Assembly: GCA_019358935.1 (NCBI GenBank)
Contig: JAHHIK010000114.1
Span: 1 to 26,408, forward strand
DNA: 26,408 bases
DNA from: Tolypothrix carrinoi HA7290-LM1
GTDB lineage: Bacteria > Cyanobacteriota > Cyanobacteriia > Cyanobacteriales > Nostocaceae
Direction of reading: 5' to 3'
Shown here: piece by piece, positions 1 through 9,067 of the stretch
How positions within the stretch are numbered: position 1 is the stretch's first letter
Layout: each line of letters begins with the position of its first letter
The notes under the pieces: model-generated
The model's input: the letters and a program-made list of their open reading frames with translations, nothing else
Told to the model about the DNA's origin: nothing
The model's database searches: none
Translations under genes and position numbers: made by a program

Positions 1-266
1 CTTATGTTGAGAATCAAAACAGTCCCAGTAATTAAGGGGGTATCGAACCCCCTTAATTACTCCGCAATTCCCCATCGCCGCCAACTGTTCCGGTGTGGCG
101 GGAGTACCCTTGCGGAAAGATAGATGGCTGATGAACAATTTGGAAGAACTCGACGTAAATATTTTGCGCGTTCCCCCGAAGCCCAAAGCACAAGGGGCGC
201 CGATTTATTGAGTGCGGTACAAGATATGATCGGCTTTCGCCATGAAAACCGCAACTTAGTACCAAC
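1..266 (+). mobile_element. Probable end of an IS200/IS605-family element: tnpA 3' tail (3..35) plus ~230 nt of structured non-coding DNA, inserted in a histidine kinase gene
   Basis: 3..35 reads YVENQNSPSN*, resembling the Y(I/V)ENQ C-terminal motif of Y1 TnpA (only 10 residues visible). Several hairpins follow. The kinase frame has a stop at 243-245 and kinase homology resumes near 267. Confidence 0.55.
27..61. repeat. Perfect 14-15 bp inverted repeat overlapping the putative tnpA stop
   Basis: AGTAATTAAGGGGG-TATCGAA-CCCCCTTAATTACT. Confidence 0.85.
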
Positions 267-1337
267 GCTCCTCTTGGTATCAAACTTAAAGACTTTGCGA
301 TACACGATCCAATAGCTGATTTTCTCTTTCTTTTGCAAGCTAAAAATACTACTTTAGCTGATGCGGAAAAGTTAACAACAGAACTACGAAAAGCGCTGCA
401 AATAAAAAATGAACTCACTCAAATTGCTCAAGCACAAGCTGAAAAGTTGAAACAATCTCTCAGGGAATTACAGCAAACCCAAGCTCAATTAATCCAAGTC
501 GAGAAAATGTCTAGTTTAAGACAGTTAGTTGCGGGAGTGGCTCATGAAATTAATAACCCAGTCAACTTTATTTACGGTAACTTAAAGTATATTGACGATT
601 ATACTAATGACCTAATGCAGCTTGTGCAGCTTTACCAACAATTTTCTTCTCATCCCGTGCCAGCAATTGAAGATTATATTCAAAAAATTGAATTAGATTT
701 CTTAATAGATGATTTGCCCAAAGTTATAAATTCCATGAAAGTAGGAGCCGAACGAATCTCGGAAATTGTCTTGTCTCTACGCAACTTCTCTCGTCTGGAT
801 GAGGCAGAGATGAAAAAAGTTGATATTCACGAAGGACTTGATAGTACTTTGCTGATTTTACAAAATCGGTTTAAGCAAAAAGTTGATTTTCCTGGTATTG
901 AAGTAGTTAAAAATTACGGAAATGTGCCTTTAGTAGATTGCTATGCTGGTCAACTAAATCAAGTATTTATGAATATTATCAGTAATGCAATTGATGCATT
1001 AGAAGATTATAATAAACGCTATTATTCAGAAATTAAAACAAATTATCGTAAAATTACAATTACTACAGAAGTTATAGAAAAAAATGTGGTTATCCGAATA
1101 GCTGATAATGCTTCGGGAATAACAGAGGCAGTTAAAGAACGACTGTTCGATCCATTTTTTACAACTAAGCCTGTAGGTAAAGGTACAGGTTTAGGTTTAT
1201 CAATTAGTTATCAAATTGTAGTTGAAAAACACAAGGGAAAACTTAAATGCATCTCAGAACCCGGACAGGGAGCAGAATTTTGTATAGAGATTCCCTTATC
1301 AATCGACCAAGCACTGAAAACTTCCGCAATAAATTAG
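267..1337 (+). pseudogene. 5'-truncated H-NOX-associated (HNOBA-type) sensor histidine kinase with HisKA + HATPase_c
   Basis: The frame is open upstream of the TTG at 333 and reads APLGIKLKDFAIHDPIADFLFLLQ (HNOBA-like DFAIHD). H-box AHEINNP, N-box NQVFMNIISNAIDA, FFTTKPVGKGTGLGL. Confidence 0.75.
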
Positions 1338-1445
1338 AATGCTTGATAACCTGCTTTAATGTTATATGAAACGTCTTCTTTTTATTTGCGAAGGAATGTT
1401 TGGCGATGACACCAGAGCAAAAAAATCGCATTTATCAAGCAGCAG

Positions 1446-1928
1446 GCGATCGCATATCCTGAAGGTGAACGAAACTATAAAAACTATCCTCGTTTGTTAT
1501 GCCGGTCAAGCTGAAGAATTGGCTTTATTTGCAGAAATAGCCCTAAAACTACATCAAGAATTTCCTAAATGTGCAGTCAGAATTTTAGCTGCTGATTGTC
1601 CGCCCAATTGTCAGGATTTGTGGATATCTCACCATCCAGGAATCGAATGCGATCGCCGTAGCTGATGTAGTAGTAGGCGGGGCAGGTTACAATACCGTTT
1701 ACGAATGTGCAGCTTTGGGTGTACCGTTAGTAGCGATCGCCTTAAAGCGATTGTACGATCGCCAAGACAAAACAGAAGCGCAAATGTTACTGGGTGCAAG
1801 ATATTCAGAGTGCTATAGACACCGTTAAAATGCTTCTAGACCGAATAGAACCTGAAAAAAAGCCATTGCCATCTTATATCAACGGTGCTGTGCAAGCAGT
1901 ACACCACATTATGAGTTATAAGTTTTGA
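1446..1928 (+). pseudogene. Fragment of a GT-B glycosyltransferase (GT28 C-terminal-like), 5'-truncated with two frameshifts
   Basis: After ...HHPGIEC a +1 shift at ~1651 gives IAVADVVVGGAGYNTVYECAALGVPLVAIALKRLYDRQDK. A second shift at ~1771 gives KCYWVQDIQSAIDTVKML...SYINGAVQAVHHIMSYKF* (stop 1926-1928). Confidence 0.75.
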
Positions 1929-1962
1929 GGAGCGGAGTTATATTTTTCACTCCGCGCATTTT

Positions 1963-1991
1963 GTACAGACGTTCCAGTGGAACGTCTCTAC
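1963..1991. repeat. REP-like palindrome (GTAGAGACGTTCCA family)
   Basis: GTACAGACGTTCCA-G-TGGAACGTCTCTAC; near-identical copy at 14998..15026. Confidence 0.8.
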
Positions 1992-2016
1992 TCCTAACTT
2001 TTTACCTGTACCAAAC

Positions 2017-3219
2017 GTGAAATTACGCCGTCTGATACCAATTTTTGATAACTCCGTCTCCACCTGGGCTTTAGAAGCGCGGTTGTTGCGCTGGTTAACC
2101 TTGATTTGGCTGTTTGTCGGGTTGATAATGCTGTTCTCAGCATCCTATCCCGTAGCCGACGCTCGTCATAATGATGGACTGTACTACTTTAAGCGTCAGC
2201 TGATGTGGGTGTTCGTGGCATTAATAATATTAAACATCATTGTTAATTTACCTTTGCGGAAAATATTAGGAATATCCCATTGGTTTGTCTTTTTGTTTTT
2301 GGTATTAATTTTCGTCACCCTGATACCAGGATTAGGAAGAAAAGCTTTTGACGCATCTCGCTGGTTAGCTTTAGGTCCAATTCCCATTCAACCTTCTGAA
2401 TTAATTAAACCCTTTTTAGTGCTGCAAAGTGCGCGGCTTTTTGGTCAGTGGGAACGAATAACTTGGCGAGTTCGCTTTACCTGGTTGGGTATTTTTGGTT
2501 TGGTAATTCTCGGAATTTTAGCGCAGCCTAACTTAAGTACAACCGCACTTTGCGGTATGACAATTTGGTTAATTGCTTTAGCGGCTGGTTTACCTTATAA
2601 ATATTTGGGCGGAACAGCAGTTGGTGGGATACTTTTAGCAGTTCTCAGTATTAGCATCAAAGAGTATCAGCGCAAGCGGGTAATGTCCTTTCTCAATCCT
2701 TGGGCGGATGCAACTGGGGATGGCTACCAGCTAGTGCAAAGCTTGCTGGCAGTGGGTTCTGGAGGAACTTGGGGTACTGGATTTGGGCTTTCACAACAAA
2801 AGCTGTTTTATTTACCAATTCAGGACACCGATTTTATTTTTGCAGTATTCTCAGAAGAATTCGGCTTTGCTGGCGGTATAACTTTGCTAGTAATTTTAGG
2901 TATATTCGCCACGCTGGGATTAATCGTTGCCCTGAAAGCGACAAATCCAGTACATCGATTAGTAGCGATCGGTGTGACAATTTTGATGGTAGGACAATCA
3001 TTTCTGCATATTGGTGTAACCACTGGTGCGTTGCCTACAACCGGTTTACCCTTGCCGATGTTTAGTTATGGTGGTAATTCCATGATTGCTAGTTTATTAG
3101 CAACTGGATTATTAATTAGAGTAGCACGCGAAAGTAACGAAGCTGAAGTTGTACCACTACGAGGAGAACAATCTGAAAATCGGCGTAAGCGTCGTTTATT
3201 TACGAAAACAAAAGTTTAA
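2017..3219 (+). CDS. ftsW: FtsW/RodA/SpoVE (SEDS) cell division protein
   Basis: Multi-TM protein with RWLALGPIPIQPSELIKP, GYQLVQSLLAVGSGG, TDFIFAVFSEEFG, LPMFSYGGNS. Confidence 0.93.
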   Translation: MKLRRLIPIFDNSVSTWALEARLLRWLTLIWLFVGLIMLFSASYPVADARHNDGLYYFKRQLMWVFVALIILNIIVNLPLRKILGISHWFVFLFLVLIFVTLIPGLGRKAFDASRWLALGPIPIQPSELIKPFLVLQSARLFGQWERITWRVRFTWLGIFGLVILGILAQPNLSTTALCGMTIWLIALAAGLPYKYLGGTAVGGILLAVLSISIKEYQRKRVMSFLNPWADATGDGYQLVQSLLAVGSGGTWGTGFGLSQQKLFYLPIQDTDFIFAVFSEEFGFAGGITLLVILGIFATLGLIVALKATNPVHRLVAIGVTILMVGQSFLHIGVTTGALPTTGLPLPMFSYGGNSMIASLLATGLLIRVARESNEAEVVPLRGEQSENRRKRRLFTKTKV

Positions 3220-3222
3220 ATC

Positions 3223-3257
3223 GTAGTAAGCGCTGTCTTCGCTAAAGCGCTTACTAC
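3223..3257. repeat. GTAG-type palindrome directly after ftsW (REP-like, possible terminator)
   Basis: GTAGTAAGCGCT-N11-AGCGCTTACTAC, followed by a T-run. Confidence 0.7.
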
Positions 3258-3299
3258 AAATTTTTTCTAATTAATAATATCTCAAGTGAGAAAACAGCA

Positions 3300-3860
3300 A
3301 TGCTAACTTATACTGAACGAATTCAAGAAACGACATCACCACAACCGAAAGTTTTTTCTTTAGAAGATTTTCTCAATCATCCTTTAGAAAACATCGAATG
3401 GGTTGATGGTCAACTTATTGAGAAAATAGGTATGACATTACGGCACAGTCAAACTCAAGCTAGATTAGCACGTTTGTGGGGAAATTATATACTCTCCAGC
3501 GGTCAAGGTGGAGAAGTCTACACAGAAGCGCTTTGTCGAACTAATAAACAAGGTCGTCGTCCTGATGTTTCTTACTTGACTCCAGAACTCTTGACGCAAT
3601 ATGCTAATGCAACTTTCCTACCCCAAAGCTTTCCGTTAATTGCCGAAATTGCTTCACCTGATGATAGCGGTGAAGAATTATTTGCCAAGGCAAAAGAATA
3701 TTTAGAATCAGGTTCTCAAGAAGTTTGGCTTATCTATCCGTAAACGTTATGGATTATCATTATCACTCAAGAAAAACATTTATTATTAACTCTTGGAGAA
3801 ACTGTTAGTAGCCAAGTTCTTTCAGGCTTTAGTCTAATTATTGATGAACTATTAGCTTGA
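3300..3860 (+). pseudogene. Uma2 (DUF820) family endonuclease with an internal nonsense codon
   Basis: RRPDVSY, AEIASPDD, KAKEYL..G..EVWL. TAA at 3741-3743, after which the same frame continues TLWIIII...VLSGFSLIIDELLA* to 3860. Confidence 0.85.
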
Positions 3861-3918
3861 GTTAGGATAATTACGCTAAAATTCAAGCAGAGTAAGCATT
3901 TTTCGCTCTATCTACCTT

Positions 3919-4659
3919 ATGCTTGAAAACCTACAAACCCGACTTTACCAACTAGAACAATTCGCTAATGCCCTCGTTTCTAACCAACTAACCCACCTGA
4001 GTTTACTTAGCGTCGGTGTAATTTTTCTTGCGGGCTTGCTGACTAGCCTGACACCTTGTATGCTTTCGATGCTGCCTATAACTATCGGCTATATTGGCGG
4101 TTATGAGGCAAAAAGCCGTCTGCAAGCAGCTGCCCAGTCTACCTGGTTTTCTCTCGGATTAGCAACCACACTTGCTGGGCTAGGTATTCTAGCAGCTTTG
4201 TTAGGAAAAGTCTACGGTCAAGTGGGAATTGGTTTACCAATTATAGTTAGTATTATCGCAATTCTCATGGGGCTGAACCTACTCGAAGCATTACCTCTGC
4301 AATTCCCCTCTTTTGGCGGTACAGAGTGGATTTCTCAAGAATTACCCCAAGGATTGCGTTCTTATTTAATTGGCTTGACTTTCGGTGTGGTTGCTTCTCC
4401 TTGCAGTACACCTGTTTTAGGTAGCTTGTTGGGTTGGGTAGCCAGTACACAAGACTTAGTTTTAGGCGCAGTTTTGCTGCTTGCATATACAGCAGGTTAT
4501 GTAGCACCTTTGATTTTGGCGGGTACTTTTACAGCTTCAATTAAGAAGTTGCTAGAAGTGCGTCGCTGGTCTGGTTGGATTAATCCAGTTAGTGGAGTGC
4601 TGTTGGTAGGATTTGGTGTCTTTTCTTTAATGTCTCGAATTCCTCTGGGAAACTTTTAA
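3919..4659 (+). CDS. ccdA: Cytochrome c biogenesis protein CcdA
   Basis: AGLLTSLTPCMLSMLP and ASPCSTPVL motifs; TM helices; 3 bp upstream of ccs1. Confidence 0.95.
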   Translation: MLENLQTRLYQLEQFANALVSNQLTHLSLLSVGVIFLAGLLTSLTPCMLSMLPITIGYIGGYEAKSRLQAAAQSTWFSLGLATTLAGLGILAALLGKVYGQVGIGLPIIVSIIAILMGLNLLEALPLQFPSFGGTEWISQELPQGLRSYLIGLTFGVVASPCSTPVLGSLLGWVASTQDLVLGAVLLLAYTAGYVAPLILAGTFTASIKKLLEVRRWSGWINPVSGVLLVGFGVFSLMSRIPLGNF

Positions 4660-4662
4660 TCA

Positions 4663-6063
4663 ATGACTTTAAATGATACTTCTAAAGAATTAAATTGGTG
4701 GTCAGCATTTGGGCGGTTTTTGCGGCAAGAATTTTTACCTGTGCTGACAAATTTACGATTGGCAATTGTGATGTTCCTAGCGATCGCACTCTTTAGCATC
4801 ACCGGTACTGTCATAGAACAAGGTCAATCTCATGGATTTTACCAGGCAAACTACCCCGAACATCCAGCTTTATTTGGTTTCCTAACTTGGAAAGTAATTC
4901 AGGTAGTCGGTTTAGACCACGTATATCGTACTTGGTGGTTTCTCTCATTACTCATTTTATTTGGTACAAGCTTAACCGCTTGTACTTTTACCCGTCAGTT
5001 ACCAGCTTTAAAAGCTGCCCGTCGTTGGAAATTTTACGAAGAACCGCGACAATTTCAAAAACTCGCTTTGAGTGCTGAATTAGAAACTGGTTCTCTATCT
5101 TCCCTCACTCCACTTTTACAGAAACGTCGCTACAAGATTTTTTCCGAACCAGAAAAAGATAATATTCTTTACGCCCGTAAAGGCATAGTCGGACGCATCG
5201 GACCGATTATAGTTCATGTTGGCATGGTAACTATTCTTTTGGGTGCAATTTGGGGCACAATGACTGGTTTTATGGCACAAGAAATGGTTGCTAGTGGCGA
5301 TACTTTTCAGGTGCAAAATATTATAGATGCGGGACCTTTAGCCGCGTCAATTTCCAAAGATTGGTCTGTCAAAGTCAATCGTTTTTGGATTGATTACACT
5401 CCTAAAGGTAGAATTGACCAATTTTACTCTGATTTGTCTGTTTTAGACAGTGAAGGAAAGGAAATTGACCGCAAGACGATTTTTGTTAATCAACCTCTGC
5501 GTTATCGTGGCATAACTTTCTACCAAACTGATTGGGGTATCGCTGCTGTGCGCGTCCGACTTAACAAAAGTCCGATTTTTCAGCTACCAATGACGCAACT
5601 TAAGACTAAGAATAGCGGACGCATTTGGGGAACTTGGATTCCCACAAAACCCGATTTAAGTGCAGGTGTCTCGCTGCTAGCAAGAGACTTGCAAAAAACG
5701 TTGTTAATTTACGATTCAACTGGTAAACTAATTAATACTATGCGTGCCGGCATGTCAGCGGAAGTTAATGGCGTGACGTTAAAAGTTTTTGATGTCATTG
5801 GTAGCACTGGCTTACAAATTAAAGCAGATCCAGGTATCCCGATTGTTTATGCTGGATTTGCTTTGCTAATGCTGGGTGTGGTGATGAGTTACTTTTCTCA
5901 TTCACAAATTTGGGCTTTGCAAAAAGACGATCGCTTATATGTAGGTGGTAAAACTAATCGCGCTCAAGTTGCTTTTGAACAAGAAGTTTTGGATATTTTA
6001 GATCAATTAAATTCACCGACTCCAAGTGAGGAACCTAGCATTCTGACAGAAAAGATTAGCTAA
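4663..6063 (+). CDS. ccs1: Cytochrome c biogenesis protein Ccs1/CcsB (ResB-like)
   Basis: [53 protein letters not shown]. Confidence 0.95.
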   Translation: MTLNDTSKELNWWSAFGRFLRQEFLPVLTNLRLAIVMFLAIALFSITGTVIEQGQSHGFYQANYPEHPALFGFLTWKVIQVVGLDHVYRTWWFLSLLILFGTSLTACTFTRQLPALKAARRWKFYEEPRQFQKLALSAELETGSLSSLTPLLQKRRYKIFSEPEKDNILYARKGIVGRIGPIIVHVGMVTILLGAIWGTMTGFMAQEMVASGDTFQVQNIIDAGPLAASISKDWSVKVNRFWIDYTPKGRIDQFYSDLSVLDSEGKEIDRKTIFVNQPLRYRGITFYQTDWGIAAVRVRLNKSPIFQLPMTQLKTKNSGRIWGTWIPTKPDLSAGVSLLARDLQKTLLIYDSTGKLINTMRAGMSAEVNGVTLKVFDVIGSTGLQIKADPGIPIVYAGFALLMLGVVMSYFSHSQIWALQKDDRLYVGGKTNRAQVAFEQEVLDILDQLNSPTPSEEPSILTEKIS

Positions 6064-6077
6064 AATAGCTCAAGGAA

Positions 6078-6111
6078 GCGTAGACGCGAAGCGGCTTGTC
6101 GAAGACATCGC
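6078..6111. repeat. Small dispersed repeat (SDR-like): 26-nt insert splitting a HIP1 site
   Basis: GCG|TAGACGCGAAGCGGCTTGTCGAAGAC|ATCGC; removing 6081..6106 restores GCGATCGC. Confidence 0.75.
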
Positions 6112-6116
6112 TCACC

Positions 6117-6941
6117 TTACTCTGCATCTGGATCTATACCTAATTCCCGCAACTTTGCCGCGAGGACTTCTTTACGCTGACGTTCCGCTTCAAATTGAGC
6201 GATCGCATTATCTGCACGTTGACGTTCTTCTTCAGCACGTTGACGTTCTTCTTCAGCACGTTGACGTTCTTCTTCAGCACGTTGACGTTCTTCTTCAGCT
6301 TGTTCGGAACTCCACAACAGCAAATTACCCGCTTCATCCCACCATCGCAGCCAATTAATATTTAAGCCTAAACGAGTTCCCCGCCAAATTCCCAAAAATA
6401 ATTTCAACTCAGGAATCCAAAAGCGTCCTGATGATGGTTCCTGTAAAATATATTGATTATTTTCCAAACGACGCACTTCAAGCGTAGCTTCATAAGGATC
6501 AAAAATCACATAAGTCGGAACTTGCAATATCCGCTCGTAAAAGTATAGTTTCCCATAAGGAAAAGTGGGACGAACCGAATATTCTCCGTTATCGGTGTCT
6601 GAAAGAAACTCCATCACCACACCCACAGCTTCACCTTCAATATTCGGTGTGTAGCTGCGACGAATTACCTCAGCAGCAACGGGTAATACACGCGGTACAT
6701 ACAACCAATCAGGTGCTTTGACGACTGTTTTTTTATTAATATTGGCGACGATACCAAAATTCGCTGCTATCAGCATCTCCGGTTGAATGCGATTTGAAGT
6801 GCCATTAGCATCTGTCAGCGCGTCTGCTAATGGATGTTGTAGAATATTTTCCACTGGATCGTCGGGGAGAATAAAGTCATCTGGGAGTTTTTCCCAAGTC
6901 ACTAGAGGAGTTTGCTGTTGGGGTGTAGCTAGTAAAACCAT
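6117..6941 (-). CDS. Uma2 family endonuclease with coiled-coil EEERQRA tail; start reassigned to ATG 6941
   Basis: WEKLPDDFILPDDPVEN, APDW.YVP, VMEFLS, GKLYFYERILQVPTYVIFDP, LRELGIDPD. The ORF-track extension to 6995 overlaps a queF 3' duplicate. Confidence 0.88.
   Translation of the reverse strand: MVLLATPQQQTPLVTWEKLPDDFILPDDPVENILQHPLADALTDANGTSNRIQPEMLIAANFGIVANINKKTVVKAPDWLYVPRVLPVAAEVIRRSYTPNIEGEAVGVVMEFLSDTDNGEYSVRPTFPYGKLYFYERILQVPTYVIFDPYEATLEVRRLENNQYILQEPSSGRFWIPELKLFLGIWRGTRLGLNINWLRWWDEAGNLLLWSSEQAEEERQRAEEERQRAEEERQRAEEERQRADNAIAQFEAERQRKEVLAAKLRELGIDPDAE
6214..6299. repeat. 4 x 21-bp perfect coding tandem repeat (EEERQRA)
   Basis: GCACGTTGACGTTCTTCTTCA x4. Confidence 0.95.
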
Positions 6942-6969
6942 AACGGCATTATGAGCGACTACGTTTATC

Positions 6970-6999
6970 TTACGACTTTTGATGATGCACTTCAACGAC
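6970..6999 (-). repeat. Duplicated queF 3' end (20-bp exact direct repeat with 7479..7498)
   Basis: TGATGATGCACTTCAACGAC at 6980..6999 and 7479..7498; minus strand reads VVEVHHQKS* versus queF VVEVHHQK*. Confidence 0.9.
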
Positions 7000-7185
7000 A
7001 GACAGTGTGAGCCTTCTTACTGAAATAGGTAAACTTTTGTCAAAATCAATCATACATTCTCTTGTTTGCTTCAAGATAAAAATATGTAACCCTAAGTTAA
7101 TAACTCTATTAGCCGGATGAGCGCGATCGCGGTAAGAGTTAAATAACTACATTTTAATCTGAGATTTTAAGCAGGAAAGACTGTT

Positions 7186-7419
7186 ATGGCACAGAAAAAC
7201 GCAGCCGAACTTTTCAAAGCCGTAAAACTCGATCAAGCATTAAAGCAAAAAATCAAGGCAGCATCTAACCCAGAAGCTTTCATTAAGATTGCTAAAGAGC
7301 ATGGCTATAATTTTACAGTTGAAGAACTGGAGACTGAAATTAGCAAATTGTCTGAAGAAGAGTTAGCTGCCATTGTCAATCCAGGTATAGCACCTAGATA
7401 TCACATTAATCCTAGGTAA
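7186..7419 (+). CDS. Nif11-like leader peptide family protein (putative RiPP precursor)
   Basis: F.KAVK.D.ALKQKI...IAKEHGYNFTVEEL...LSEEELAAI pattern; AGGA RBS-like motif upstream. Confidence 0.85.
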   Translation: MAQKNAAELFKAVKLDQALKQKIKAASNPEAFIKIAKEHGYNFTVEELETEISKLSEEELAAIVNPGIAPRYHINPR

Positions 7420-7443
7420 TTCTGAAGATATCTATCTTACTAC

Positions 7444-7477
7444 GGGCGGGCGCTCTTTACCCCGCCCTTTATTATTT
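7444..7477 (+). terminator. Rho-independent terminator between the Nif11 gene and convergent queF
   Basis: GGGCGGG-N10-CCCGCCC followed by TTTATTATTT. Confidence 0.7.
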
Positions 7478-7882
7478 CTGATGATGCACTTCAACGACGG
7501 TATGCACGTTACCGCGTGGTGTAAAATCTGCTTTGACAGTCACTTCTAACGGGTCACAAGCGGCAACAAAGTCATCCAAAATTTGATTTGCAGATTCTTC
7601 GTGGGAAATATAGCGATCGCGGTAACTATTAATGTAAAGCTTTAACGCCTTTAATTCCACCACTCGCTCATCCGGCACATAGCTAATATAAATCGTCGCA
7701 AAATCAGGATAGCCGGAAAATGGACATTTACAAGTAAATTCCGGTAAAGAAATATTAATATTGTATCGCCTGCCCACACGCGGATTAGGAAATGTAATTA
7801 ATTGTCCTGACGCAATCTCGCGTTCCCCATACTTCATTTCTTGGCTTGACTCAGATGCAGTTTCTGGTAAAAAGTTACTCAT
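7472..7882 (-). CDS. queF: NADPH-dependent preQ0 (7-cyano-7-deazaguanine) reductase, type I
   Basis: PEFTCKCPFSGYPDFA, VELKALKLY, SHEE, FTPRGN. Confidence 0.96.
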   Translation of the reverse strand: MSNFLPETASESSQEMKYGEREIASGQLITFPNPRVGRRYNINISLPEFTCKCPFSGYPDFATIYISYVPDERVVELKALKLYINSYRDRYISHEESANQILDDFVAACDPLEVTVKADFTPRGNVHTVVEVHHQK

Positions 7883-7966
7883 AAAATAAATAGCTTAACT
7901 TGAAAAAATCATTTATAAAGTAAACATTAAATTGATGTCGGCTGCGTTAGGCGCATAATTTTATGT

Positions 7967-7996
7967 GGTGCGTTAACGTAGTGTAACGCACCCTAC
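7967..7996. repeat. REP-like palindrome with terminal CTAC (GTAG on minus strand)
   Basis: GGTGCGTTA-N8-TAACGCACC-CTAC; same family as 11780..11812. Confidence 0.7.
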
Positions 7997-8019
7997 GGAC
8001 TAATCCAAGCGTCCCTGAT

Positions 8020-8442
8020 TCAAAAATCCTCGTCTCTAAATCCTAAATCTTGCTGTTCCCAGTCTGGGCAAGTCTCATCTTCATATCCTTGAGGATGCAT
8101 CGCACAAACCAGCAAGTTACCACCATAAACTTGACCGTGGTAGTTACGACAACCGATACAGGCAGGATTTTGTTGTGGTGAGGCTTCAACTGAATAAGGA
8201 AAAGCTGGATCTACATCGCTAACAACTTCTTCGAGTTCCCAATATACTTCCAAAATTGGTTCAGCCAAATCTTGTAAATATTGGTCAACCTCAACACCAA
8301 TGGTATTTTGTAATTGCTCGGTAATTTCTTCGGTTAGCTCAAAAAAGGCATCAACCATTTCACCCATCCCCAAGAAGAAGCGATCTACTTCATCTGCAAC
8401 TGTTTCTATAATTTCCGCGATATCTTTTTGCCAGTTTTCCAT
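8020..8442 (-). CDS. Conserved cyanobacterial hypothetical protein (acidic, C-terminal Cys/His motif)
   Basis: PACIGCRNYHGQVYGGNLLVCAMHP...CPDW. Confidence 0.8.
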   Translation of the reverse strand: MENWQKDIAEIIETVADEVDRFFLGMGEMVDAFFELTEEITEQLQNTIGVEVDQYLQDLAEPILEVYWELEEVVSDVDPAFPYSVEASPQQNPACIGCRNYHGQVYGGNLLVCAMHPQGYEDETCPDWEQQDLGFRDEDF

Positions 8443-8557
8443 AAAATTGACGCCCTTACTAGCTTTTTACAGGACGCTTCGTGCTAAATGGCTATCAGCA
8501 CTATAATACACCCTGAGAAATATATATTAATTTATGATTTACAACGTTTCCGGATAA

Positions 8558-8938
8558 CTACTTATCGCGTTGCAGTCGTCTTAACTCTTCTTGCAGTTCT
8601 AGCACTTGATCGCGCAAGCCATCAACATTGTCAGTTGATGCTTGTTTGACGGTAGGCTCATCGTCTTCTAGAATCTCGATGCGGCGCGGTTCCGAGGCGG
8701 GTTTTTCTGGGGCGGTAGCATCAGATGCCGGTTGCTGTTGAGCTTGCTTCATCATGTCTTCGACAAAGCGGCGGGCTTCTTCTGTATTCATTTCGCCTTT
8801 TGCAACCATTTCATCTGCCAGTTTTTGGACTTGCGATCGCAATTCGGCTAATTTTCCCCCTGCTTTCTCACCCGCGTAAGAAGCTAACCCGACACCGAGG
8901 TAAAAAGCTTTTTGAACAATATCTCCAAAACCAGGCAT
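8558..8938 (-). CDS. Phasin-family (granule-associated-like) protein
   Basis: KAFYLGVGLASYAGEKA, LADEMVAKGEMNTEEARRFVEDMM; C-terminal coiled coil. Confidence 0.8.
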   Translation of the reverse strand: MPGFGDIVQKAFYLGVGLASYAGEKAGGKLAELRSQVQKLADEMVAKGEMNTEEARRFVEDMMKQAQQQPASDATAPEKPASEPRRIEILEDDEPTVKQASTDNVDGLRDQVLELQEELRRLQRDK

Positions 8939-8966
8939 TGCAGAGCCGCGCTCCTAAAAATGGGGC

Positions 8967-9060
8967 GACCCGGAGACTACGCCTACTACAAGCATCCCGT
9001 ATTGCTGCTACCTTCCGGTTCTGACAAGATTTGGGCGTTGCAGTCGCATAGATCCAGGTC
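8967..9060 (-). ncRNA. ffs: Signal recognition particle RNA (4.5S)
   Basis: Minus strand GACCTGGA...TCAGAACCGGAAGGTAGCAGC...TCCGGGTC contains the conserved helix-8 motif and complementary ends. Confidence 0.93.
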
Positions 9061-9067
9061 ACAAACA

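Noticed and set aside
27..110. tRNA gene or tRNA-derived att site (T-loop-like GGTTCGATACC on the minus strand)
   Set aside because: No cloverleaf, acceptor stem or anticodon arm can be built; the stem is 14-15 bp
200..266. Group II intron boundary (3' ...AC on plus, or 5' TTGCG on minus)
   Set aside because: No domain V with an AGC/CGC triad is visible, and the upstream YVENQ tail fits tnpA better; not fully excluded
7472..7882. queF as part of a 7-deazaguanine DNA-modification (dpd) defence system
   Set aside because: No dpdA or other que genes nearby; it looks like ordinary tRNA queuosine-pathway queF
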